The notes under the pieces: generated by a model
Seen by the model: only the letters and a program-made list of their open reading frames with translations
What the model was told of the DNA's origin: nothing
The model's database searches: none
Made by a program: the position numbers and the translations under genes
Assembly (NCBI GenBank): GCA_041576815.1
Contig: JBFGKE010000001.1
Location: 6,948-70,947, forward strand
Direction: 5' to 3'
DNA: 64,000 nt
Origin: Polyangiales bacterium
GTDB lineage: Bacteria > Myxococcota_A > Polyangia > Polyangiales > Houyiibacteriaceae
Shown: positions 56,528 to 64,000 of the stretch, one piece after another
Layout of the letters: each line of letters starts with the position of its first letter
Numbering within the stretch: the stretch's first letter is position 1

Positions 56528-57037
56528 TCAGGGCTTTGGCGGCGGCCCGTACTGGTGCGAGAGCGCCGCGTAGAACTGCGCCAAGATCCCGTCGGCGACT
56601 CGGAGACGCCGGCTGAGCTCGCGGGCGATGTTCATGATGAACAGCGCGTAGTCCTTGACGTCACGACGATAGAGCAGCTCCTCGACGTGCTCGGCAGTCA
56701 TCGCGATCACCAGGGTGGGGGCGACGGCACGCACGCTTGCCGAGCGCGGCTGGACGTCGATGATCGACATCTCGCCGAACCAGTCGCTCGGGCCGAGCAC
56801 GGCCACCCGCACGTCGCCGCCCGACTCGCCTTTCTTGATCACCTCGAGCTCGCCCGCAATGACGACGAACATCTGGGTCGACTGGTCGCCCTCTTCGACG
56901 ACGATCTCGCCGGCCTCTACGCGGCTCGCCGGGAGCGAGGAGGCCAGGGTTTCCAAGGTCTCGCGGCTCAATCCTCCGAAGAGCCCGATGTCGGCAAGGT
57001 GGTCGGCGTTGAGCTTTGGCGTCGGTGGTCGGCTCAT
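56528..57037 (-). CDS. cyclic nucleotide-binding domain protein (stand-alone)
   Basis: cNMP-binding cassette GDWFGEMSII...RSASVRA. 169 aa. Confidence 0.85.
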   Translation of the reverse strand: MSRPPTPKLNADHLADIGLFGGLSRETLETLASSLPASRVEAGEIVVEEGDQSTQMFVVIAGELEVIKKGESGGDVRVAVLGPSDWFGEMSIIDVQPRSASVRAVAPTLVIAMTAEHVEELLYRRDVKDYALFIMNIARELSRRLRVADGILAQFYAALSHQYGPPPKP

Positions 57038-57107
57038 GACCTCAGCATACGCGAACGATTCGTTTACGTCATGGAATCGAATTGGATAGATTGCGTCGAG
57101 GCGCCCG

Positions 57108-58238
57108 ATGCAGACCGACGACCTACCGCAACCCTTCGGCTCCTACACGCTGGTACGGCGACTTGCCGCGGGGGGGATGGCCGAGGTCTATCTCGCGGTC
57201 GCGCGCGGGCCGGGGGGCTTCGAAAAGCGGGTCGCCGTGAAGCGGATTCACCCGTTGCTCGCCCCCGACGACGGATGTGCGGCAAAGCTCCTCGAAGAGG
57301 CCAAGCTCTCCGCCCACCTCAACCACAGAAACATCGTGCAAACCCTCGACCTCGCCCAGGTCGGGAGCGCGTACGCACTCGTCATGGAGCACGTCGAGGG
57401 CTACGACGCGGCACACGTGATCGAGGCCCTTCGACGAAGCGGCGGTCGCTTTCCGGTCGACCTGGCGGTCTATGTGACGGCCGAGGTGTTTCGGGGGCTC
57501 GACTACGCGCACCGGCAGCGCGATTCGAGGGGCGCCCCCCTGGGGATTGTTCACCGAGATGTTTCTCCGCAGAACGTCCTCTTGAGCTTTGCCGGCGAAG
57601 TGAAGCTCGGCGACTTCGGCATCGCCAAGGCCGTGTCGAGGGCAAGCGAGCCCGAGCCGGGGGTCATCAAGGGCAAGTACTTCTACATGTCCCCCGAGCA
57701 GGCTTGGGCCGAGCCGCTCGACCACCGGAGCGACATCTTTTCGGCAGGTCTCGTGCTTTGGGAGCTGCTGGTCGGCCGGCGTTTGCACGGGCCGGGTCCG
57801 CTGCCCGAGCTTCTGGATGCCGTACGGATGGCGGAGGTGCCGCCGCCGTCGTCGCTTCGGGAGGAAGTCCCGCAGGCGCTCGATGCCATCGTCGCCAAGG
57901 CGACCGCGGTCGATCCAAATGCGCGATATCCCGATGCCGGGGCTGCGGCGGACGCGCTCGAAGACCATCTCTCGTCGCGCTCCGGGCGACACCCCGCGCG
58001 CAGGCTTGCCGAGCTTCTCGCTGACCTGCCACCCCCCGAGTGGCTCCAAACGGCCGACGTCCCGCTCACGCGCGATCGTGTCGTGACCGAAGCGATGGCC
58101 GACCCCGACGAGGGCGAGCCCACGCTGGCAGGCTGGCGAGCGCCGCACGCCACGACCCCCGGTCACCGTTGGATCTGGACCCTATGCGCCAGCTCAGCGC
58201 TCGCACTAACCACCGCCTGGCTCCTCCACGGCCCCTAG
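57108..58238 (+). CDS. Ser/Thr protein kinase (Hanks type) with C-terminal TM segment
   Basis: AAGGMAEVYLA, VAVKRI, HRDVSPQNVLL, DFGIAK, YMSPEQ. The C-terminus is WIWTLCASSALALTTAWLL. Confidence 0.9.
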   Translation: MQTDDLPQPFGSYTLVRRLAAGGMAEVYLAVARGPGGFEKRVAVKRIHPLLAPDDGCAAKLLEEAKLSAHLNHRNIVQTLDLAQVGSAYALVMEHVEGYDAAHVIEALRRSGGRFPVDLAVYVTAEVFRGLDYAHRQRDSRGAPLGIVHRDVSPQNVLLSFAGEVKLGDFGIAKAVSRASEPEPGVIKGKYFYMSPEQAWAEPLDHRSDIFSAGLVLWELLVGRRLHGPGPLPELLDAVRMAEVPPPSSLREEVPQALDAIVAKATAVDPNARYPDAGAAADALEDHLSSRSGRHPARRLAELLADLPPPEWLQTADVPLTRDRVVTEAMADPDEGEPTLAGWRAPHATTPGHRWIWTLCASSALALTTAWLLHGP

Positions 58239-58350
58239 TTATATAGGGGACAGTCCCCTTTTTTCGTCCGGCCCCTAGTTATATAGGGGACAGTCCCCTT
58301 TTTTCGTCCGGCCCCTAGTTATATAGGGGACAGTCCCCTTTTTTCGTCAG
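58231..58350. repeat. three tandem 40-bp direct repeats GCCCCTAGTTATATAGGGGACAGTCCCCTTTTTTCGTCCG
   Basis: The units at 58231-58270 and 58271-58310 are identical, and 58311-58350 differs at one base. Each unit contains CCCCTA-N6-TAGGGG and an overlapping GGGGAC-A-GTCCCC followed by T6. Confidence 0.97.
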
Positions 58351-59204
58351 GGGCGTGGGTCTTCGCCGAGCACGACGTTGTCGATCAGGCGGGTCGCGCC
58401 GAGGTGCGCGGCCGCGGCGATCAGCAGCCGCGTCGAGCCCGATTCGCTCTCGGCGAGGGTGTCCGGGTCGACCGCCGCCACGTAGTCGATGCGATCGAAG
58501 TGGGTCTCGATCGGCCGCGCCGCGATGTCCCGGAGCACGCGAGGGCTGCGTTCACCGCCGGTCCACGCGTCGTACGCCGCCCGCAGACCCGACGCGAGGC
58601 CGACCGCACGCTCGCGCTCGGCCGCCGACATGTATTGGTTTCGTGACGAGAGCGCCACGCCGTCCGCTTCGCGCACGATCGGGCAACCGATCACCTCGAT
58701 CGGCATGTCGAGGTCCTCCACCATTCGGGAGATGACCTTCCACTGCTGGTAGTCCTTGCGCCCGAAGAGGGCCGCGCAGGGGCCGGCGAGGTTGAGGAGC
58801 TTGGCGACGACGGTCGTGACCCCGTCGAAATGCGTAGGACGAAACGCCCCCTCGAGCGGCTTGGTGAGGGTCTCGACCGAAACCTGCGTTTGAAACCCCG
58901 CGCCGTACATCGCCTCGCGCTCGGGCGCGAAGACCAAATCGACGCCGCGCTCTTCGCAGCCGTCCACATCCCGCTCGAACGTTTGCGGATAGCGCTCGAG
59001 ATCTTCGCCCGGCCCGAACTGCAGCGGGTTGACGAAAACCGTCACCGCCAGGAAGTCTGCGCGCTCCGCCGCATTCTCGATCAGCGAGAAGTGACCCTCG
59101 TGGAGAGCGCCCATCGTCGGCACGAGCCCGACGCGGGCACCGCGTGCACGAGCGTCGTCGCAGGCCCGCCGGAAGTCGGCCGGCGCGCGGACGACCTTGG
59201 TCAT
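58347..59204 (-). CDS. panC: pantoate--beta-alanine ligase
   Basis: VPTMGALHEGH (HxGH), FVNPLQF, GRKDYQQ, SSRN. The ATG at 59204 overlaps the panB stop (ATGA). Confidence 0.93.
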   Translation of the reverse strand: MTKVVRAPADFRRACDDARARGARVGLVPTMGALHEGHFSLIENAAERADFLAVTVFVNPLQFGPGEDLERYPQTFERDVDGCEERGVDLVFAPEREAMYGAGFQTQVSVETLTKPLEGAFRPTHFDGVTTVVAKLLNLAGPCAALFGRKDYQQWKVISRMVEDLDMPIEVIGCPIVREADGVALSSRNQYMSAAERERAVGLASGLRAAYDAWTGGERSPRVLRDIAARPIETHFDRIDYVAAVDPDTLAESESGSTRLLIAAAAHLGATRLIDNVVLGEDPRP

Positions 59205-60112
59205 CCTTTCGGACCGTAGCCCGACCCCGCGTCGTGAACGAGGCTCAGCCCTTTGTTCTGGGCGGGCTCTTCGGACTTCTTCACATTGCCGAAGGTGTGC
59301 TCGTCGCTCGGGAAAGAACCCGCAATCACCTCGTCGCGATACCGTCGCGCTGCCTCGACGCCTTGCTCGAAGAACTCGGCGTAGCGCTTGACGAACCGCG
59401 GCTTGAGGTCCGGCGTCAGCCCGAGCAGGTCGTAGCAAACCAACACCTGTCCGTCGCAGTGCGGCCCCGCGCCGATCCCGATCGTCGGGATGTCGACGGC
59501 GCAGGTGATGCGCTCTGCGAGGTCGGTCGGAATGCCCTCGAGCACCAGCGAGTACGCCCCCGCGTCGGCGACTGCTTTCGCATCGGCGAGCACCCGCTCC
59601 GCCTGTGCTTCGGTCTTTCCCTGGACCCGGAACCCGCCCATCGCGTGAACGCTTTGCGGCGTGAGGCCGACGTGAGCCATCACGGGGATGCCGGCATGCA
59701 CGATCCGTTCGATGGTGGGGGCCGCGTCGACCCCGCCTTCGAGCTTCACGGCGTGGGCGCCGCCCTCCGAGAGAAACCGCCCGGCGTTCGTGAGCGCTTG
59801 CTCGGGGCTCACCTGCCAGCTGAGAAACGGCATGTCGCCCACCAGGTGCGCGCGACGCGTGCCGCGGGCGACGGCGCGACAGTGATAAATCACCTCGTCC
59901 ACGGTCACGGGGAGGGTGGACTCCTGCCCCTGAACGACCATGCCGAGCGAATCGCCCACCAAAAGGACGTCAATACCGGCCTCGTCGAAGAGGCGCGCAA
60001 ACGTGGCGTCGTACGCCGTCACCATCGTGATTCGCCGCCCGTCGAGCTTCATCTTGCGAAGGCGCGGAACGGTTACCGGCCGTGCCTCCGGCCTGGGTCC
60101 TGATTCAGCCAT
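59201..60112 (-). CDS. panB: 3-methyl-2-oxobutanoate hydroxymethyltransferase
   Basis: ITMVTAYDA, LVGDSLGMV, VKLEGG, GIGAG. It carries a ~30-aa C-terminal tail beyond the usual ...FPSDEHTF end. Confidence 0.92.
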   Translation of the reverse strand: MAESGPRPEARPVTVPRLRKMKLDGRRITMVTAYDATFARLFDEAGIDVLLVGDSLGMVVQGQESTLPVTVDEVIYHCRAVARGTRRAHLVGDMPFLSWQVSPEQALTNAGRFLSEGGAHAVKLEGGVDAAPTIERIVHAGIPVMAHVGLTPQSVHAMGGFRVQGKTEAQAERVLADAKAVADAGAYSLVLEGIPTDLAERITCAVDIPTIGIGAGPHCDGQVLVCYDLLGLTPDLKPRFVKRYAEFFEQGVEAARRYRDEVIAGSFPSDEHTFGNVKKSEEPAQNKGLSLVHDAGSGYGPKG

Positions 60113-60235
60113 CGATTGGGGTCGCGTGGGTCGCGGCCAGGTGCGTCCTGGTCCACGCCGTAGCCCCGGGATCATAGCACCGTTTGGCGCCGCGTCATCG
60201 ACCGGGAAAACGCGCTGAAATCGCAGGGTCCGCGG

Positions 60236-61480
60236 TCAACCTTCGAGGAGGGCCGCGATCTTCTCTCGCAGCTCCGCATCGTCGTCGCCCGTCAGCGCTT
60301 TCGCACGCGTCAGCATGCGATGCGCTTCGTCCTCCAGCCCGAGAGCACGAAGCAGCCGCCCGGCCTCGTAGTGGTAGAGCGCATGGCGATCGCGGTCGCT
60401 CCCCTGGCTGAGCGCTCGAACCATGTCGGCGGCACGATCGAGCCTTCCGTCCGCTTCGTACAGCCGCGCGAGCGCCATTGCGGTCGTCGGCGGATAGTCG
60501 CTGATTTGGTGGTTTCGAAAGAATTCGATGACTTGCTCGAGAAACTTCCGCGCCTCTTCGGGTTTCGAGGCGAGCTCGTGCGCCAGGCCGAGCTCCTCGA
60601 GCAGCCGCCAGTCCGTGCCAGCGGTCCGGCTGAGCTCGAGCGAGGTCCGAAGCACCTCGACCGCTTCGTCGCCGTGCCCCTTGTCCCGTAGAAACGCTCC
60701 CATCGCGAGGTACGGCCGGTAGTCGTCGGGTAGGGCCTGGACCGCCGCGTCGAAGCAGCGCGTCGCCTCTTCGAAATCGCCCGCATCGTCGGCCAGACGC
60801 GCGAGCGTCAGATTGGCCACGAGCTTGGTTTCACCACCCTCGTCGTCGTCGAGCGCCTCGAGAAAACGCTGCAACGCCTCCTTGCCACCCTCGACATCGT
60901 CGGTCAGCAAGCGTGCGCGCCCGACCTCGAGCCAGAGGTAGCGGGGCGACGGGGCGCGCTCGAGCAGCGCCTCGAGCTTTGGCCGGGCATCCTCGAGCGC
61001 TTCCTTGTGCATGGCCACGAGCGCCTCGACGAGGGGCTCTCCGTACTGCTCGTACTCTGCCGCCTGCGGGTCCTGCCACTGGCCCATCAGAAGGGCCACG
61101 CGCTCTTCATCGGTCATCGTCGGCTGCTCCGCCTTGGCCTGCGCCTCCTTGGCTTCGAGCCCATCGAGAAGCCCACGCGCCTCGCTTCGGATCGCCTCGT
61201 CCACGGCGACCTCGAGCGCACCCTCGAGCTCGTACGCCGCAAGCTCGATCGAGCCCTGATCGAGGTAGGCCTTGGCCTCGTCGATGCGCTGACGCGCGAT
61301 GCCGTCGATGCACCGGGTCACTTTCTCGCTGAGCGCGGCCCGCGCCGCGTTGGGCGCGGCTTCGAGCGCCTTTTCATACGCGAGCTTGGCGGGCCCATAC
61401 TCGCCGCGTTCGAAGAGCGCGTCGGCTTTTGCCTGGAGCGCCTCCGGGTCGGCGGAAAAGAGCTTCTTCAAAAAGCTCAT
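60236..61480 (-). CDS. TPR-repeat protein
   Basis: 414 aa, all-helical, with multiple 34-aa TPR-like units (YGPAKLAYEKALE, RPYLAMGAFLRDKGHGDEAVEVL, LARLYEADGRLDRAADMV). Confidence 0.8.
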   Translation of the reverse strand: MSFLKKLFSADPEALQAKADALFERGEYGPAKLAYEKALEAAPNAARAALSEKVTRCIDGIARQRIDEAKAYLDQGSIELAAYELEGALEVAVDEAIRSEARGLLDGLEAKEAQAKAEQPTMTDEERVALLMGQWQDPQAAEYEQYGEPLVEALVAMHKEALEDARPKLEALLERAPSPRYLWLEVGRARLLTDDVEGGKEALQRFLEALDDDEGGETKLVANLTLARLADDAGDFEEATRCFDAAVQALPDDYRPYLAMGAFLRDKGHGDEAVEVLRTSLELSRTAGTDWRLLEELGLAHELASKPEEARKFLEQVIEFFRNHQISDYPPTTAMALARLYEADGRLDRAADMVRALSQGSDRDRHALYHYEAGRLLRALGLEDEAHRMLTRAKALTGDDDAELREKIAALLEG

Positions 61481-61483
61481 GTT

Positions 61484-62593
61484 TCACTCGAACTGCTTGG
61501 ACCGGCGCTTGGCCGCCTGCTTGAGCGGTCCTGGAATGCCCCGGCTGCGCGAGAGCGCGCGAAGATCGTTGCGGCGCAGGTGTGAGAGAAAGGTCATCGA
61601 CAGCGCAAGTGGCGTTTTCGGGTTGTTGCAGAGGAAGCGCTTGATTTCGTAGCTTCGAAGCCACTCGCGCTTCCGCCCGATGTACCGAAGCACATCTTCG
61701 GAGACCTCCCGGCTCTGCGCCGCGTTCTTTGCCTCGCTTTCGCTCATGGCGGGTGACGAGATGGCCGACATCGCCACGATGCGGTTCGGGTCGCGGACGA
61801 GGATCGAGCGCGCCGCGGCGTTTCCGAGGAGGGCCATTCGGATCTTCTCGCCGATGTTCATGTTGCGGATCTTGGATTGAAGCGGAATGAACTCCTCTTT
61901 GGTCTCCTCCGTGCCGTCGTACTTGTCGCGCTCGACGGCGTCCTGATCGTCATCCTCGGCCAGCGCCTTCGAAAACGCCTCGTCGCTCGGCAGAGGCTCT
62001 TCGCTCGGCTCGGGAAGGAGCTGGCCCTGAATCGCCTTCTTCAGCTCTTCGAACATCGGGATGCCCGTGACCTCGACGTCGTGGCGCGCGGCCAGCTCGA
62101 CGAGGCGGTCGGCCGTCGACATTCGCGTGTTTCGGTTCTTGTAGAGGGCTTCGATGATCTCGGGGGCGCCTAGCAGGCGCTGTTGGTTGACTGCGATGAT
62201 CTCCGTGATGCGCTCGGGGCAGTGCTTCGAAATCGCCACGATGGTGGCGTCAGCCACGGCATGGTTCGAGGCCAGCCGCGCGAGGACCTCGTCGTTTTTC
62301 GAGAGTCGAAGCGCAAGCTCGTGAAAGACCGCGGGATGCAGGGCTTCTTTGCATGCGGGAAGAAGCACGTTCTCCGGGAGCTCGAGGAGCGTGTCGGCGG
62401 CCGACGAGGAAACGCCGTCGTCGCCGTCGGCGGTGAGCTGAACCAACAGCATCACGAGGTCGCCGCCCTTGACCGGCACCATCCCCCGCGCCGCCATCAT
62501 CTTGGCTGCCGTCGGGGCGTTTGGGTCGGCGAACCGCCGGAGCTGCTCCGGAATGGCGTCGGTGGGGATCGGTAATTCCGGGGCGGTCAGCAT
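61484..62593 (-). CDS. hypothetical helical-repeat (HEAT/ARM-like) protein
   Basis: 369 aa with high GC3. The stop lies 3 nt before the TPR gene start. There is an acidic central linker and a repeated LxxNxxxxxxxL helix pattern. I recognised no catalytic motif. Confidence 0.65.
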   Translation of the reverse strand: MLTAPELPIPTDAIPEQLRRFADPNAPTAAKMMAARGMVPVKGGDLVMLLVQLTADGDDGVSSSAADTLLELPENVLLPACKEALHPAVFHELALRLSKNDEVLARLASNHAVADATIVAISKHCPERITEIIAVNQQRLLGAPEIIEALYKNRNTRMSTADRLVELAARHDVEVTGIPMFEELKKAIQGQLLPEPSEEPLPSDEAFSKALAEDDDQDAVERDKYDGTEETKEEFIPLQSKIRNMNIGEKIRMALLGNAAARSILVRDPNRIVAMSAISSPAMSESEAKNAAQSREVSEDVLRYIGRKREWLRSYEIKRFLCNNPKTPLALSMTFLSHLRRNDLRALSRSRGIPGPLKQAAKRRSKQFE

Positions 62594-62611
62594 GCGATTC
62601 GATCTTAGCGC

Positions 62612-63397
62612 CTAACGGCCGGTGAACTCGGGTTCTCGCTTCTCCAAAATCGCGGCGACGCCTTCTTTGGCATCTTCCGTGCCGAGGCTTGCCGCTTGCA
62701 AGGCAGCCTCTTCGCGCGCAGCTTCGCGGATCTCCCAGTGGAGCCCGCGCCGGATCGACGCCTTCATCTGCCGAACGGCCATCGGCGCCGAGCCGGCAAT
62801 CGCACGCGCAAGCCCCATCGCCGTGGAAAGAACCTCCCCGGGGGCTTCGGCGTGGGTTACGAGCCCGATTCGAAGCGCCTCGCTTCCGCGAATCAGCCTG
62901 CCTGTGAACAGCAGCTCCGACGCGAAGGCCGCGCCCACGAGGCGCGGGAGCACGTAGCTGATGCCAAGTCCAGAATGGATCCCCAAGCGCGCGAAATTGA
63001 CCCCGTATTTCGCATCGACGTTGGCAATGCGAATGTCGGCGAGCAGGGCGAGGCCGAAACCGCCGCCCACCGTGTGCCCGTTCATGGCGGCGACCACCGG
63101 CACCTCGACGTCGAGCACCTTGAGAAACGGCTCGTACATGGCGAACGACGCATCCTGCGACGGCTTGCCGAGATCGGTTCGCTGCATCGAGGAGCGCAGA
63201 TCCGCGCCGGCGCTGAAACACCGTCCAGTGCCCGTGATGACGAGACAGCGCATGTCGGGGTCGGCGCTGGCCTCGTCAATCGCTTCCGAAAAGGCGTCGA
63301 GAAGCTCGGGGGTCATCGCGTTTCGCTGGTCGGGGCGGTTGAGCGTGACCAGCCCGATCCGGTCCGCCTGTTCGTACAGCACCGCTCGCTCGCCCAT
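62612..63397 (-). CDS. enoyl-CoA hydratase/isomerase (crotonase family)
   Basis: ITGTGRCFSAGADL and AAMNGHTVGGGFGLALLAD. Confidence 0.9.
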   Translation of the reverse strand: MGERAVLYEQADRIGLVTLNRPDQRNAMTPELLDAFSEAIDEASADPDMRCLVITGTGRCFSAGADLRSSMQRTDLGKPSQDASFAMYEPFLKVLDVEVPVVAAMNGHTVGGGFGLALLADIRIANVDAKYGVNFARLGIHSGLGISYVLPRLVGAAFASELLFTGRLIRGSEALRIGLVTHAEAPGEVLSTAMGLARAIAGSAPMAVRQMKASIRRGLHWEIREAAREEAALQAASLGTEDAKEGVAAILEKREPEFTGR

Positions 63398-63492
63398 GAG
63401 CGCTCACTCTAGCCGTCCCCCGCGGCCCGGCAACACGCGGATTCTTGGCCGATTTCTTGCCCGATCGGAGCTGAACGGGTTAGCGGGGGTCT

Positions 63493-64000
63493 ATGCAGGG
63501 AAGCAAGGTTGTGCGCCCGTTTCCGTTCTTCCGCGCCGGCGCGCGCGCGAGCCAGCCTCAGCTGTCGAAGCCGATTCTGGTTTTGGAGGACATCTACAAG
63601 TTTTTCAGGCCCGACCAGCCGACGCTTCGGGGCGTCGATCTCTCGGTCGAGCGCGGCGAGTTCGTGTTCATCACCGGACCGAGCGGCGCCGGCAAGAGCA
63701 CGCTTCTCAAGCTCGTCTACCGCGAGCTCACGGTCGACGAGGGCCGGGTTCTGTTTTGCGGCCGCGACATCGCGCGGCTGACCGACAAGTCGATCCCGTT
63801 CCTTCGGCGAAACCTCGGCATCGTGTTTCAGGATTTCCGGATCATCGACCATTGGACGGTGTTCGAGAACGTCGCCGTGGCGCTCGAGATCGTGTCGATG
63901 CCGCAGCGGTTGATTCGGTCCCGGGTGGCCGAAGCGCTCGAGCGCGTCGGGCTAGCGGGCCGCGGTCCGGAGCTGACGAGTAATCTGTCGGGCGGAGAGA
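63493..64000 (+). CDS. ftsE: cell-division ABC transporter ATP-binding protein FtsE (3'-truncated by window end)
   Basis: This ORF is not in the supplied track because it has no stop inside the window. The ATG at 63493 follows an in-frame TAG. Walker A is GPSGAGKST, the Q-loop is IVFQDF, and the ABC signature LSGGE lies at the last codons of the window. Confidence 0.85.
   Translation, partial: MQGSKVVRPFPFFRAGARASQPQLSKPILVLEDIYKFFRPDQPTLRGVDLSVERGEFVFITGPSGAGKSTLLKLVYRELTVDEGRVLFCGRDIARLTDKSIPFLRRNLGIVFQDFRIIDHWTVFENVAVALEIVSMPQRLIRSRVAEALERVGLAGRGPELTSNLSGGE

Noticed and set aside
56555-58166. 489-aa plus-strand ORF (56555-58024) and 347-aa minus-strand ORF (57123-58166)
   Set aside because: They overlap the cNMP-binding gene and the Hanks kinase gene, which both have diagnostic motifs. 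The rejected products are Arg/Gly/Ala-rich.
58231-58350. Possibility that the 40-bp repeats are a CRISPR array
   Set aside because: The units are directly contiguous with no unique spacers. There are only three copies and no cas genes in the window.

Overview
High-GC (~65-70%) bacterial chromosomal segment. The gene content points to Myxococcota (inference only): eukaryote-like Ser/Thr kinases, a sigma54 enhancer-binding protein, a PEGA domain, Cys-rich repeat lipoproteins and a MYXO-CTERM-like tail. I call about 66 protein-coding genes. I recognised no rRNA, tRNA, CRISPR array, transposase or integrase. Most of the window is core or accessory metabolism and envelope functions: aconitase, homoserine dehydrogenase, PFK, panBC, pcm, acyl-CoA metabolism, amidase and ftsE. 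Many adjacent genes are joined by ATGA/GTGA stop-start overlaps, and the six-frame track contains many long Arg/Pro/Gly-rich antisense shadow ORFs that I reject. The most interesting items are: (1) an RRM / DEAD-box helicase / RRM operon with overlapping codons; (2) three perfect tandem 40-bp repeats, each an alternative-hairpin/terminator module, that exactly fill the gap between a kinase gene and panC and contain both stop codons; (3) a seven-gene same-strand array with six ion-channel/transporter genes (3x MscS family, MgtE, a soluble MgtE-sensor-only paralog, CorC/CNNM), next to a CASTOR/POLLUX-like channel and a sigma54 activator; (4) three tandem hsp20 genes divergent from a zinc-ribbon mini-operon; (5) a class-III aminotransferase coupled to an unannotated protein-kinase-like ORF; (6) several unannotated small ORFs (a 44-aa hyper-basic protein with a strong SD, and a 93-aa secreted mini-protein with a MYXO-CTERM-like tail); (7) a glycan-assembly locus with GT39, GT4s, a WecA-like initiating transferase, an epimerase and AsnB. 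All family assignments come from motifs read by eye. No database search was run.
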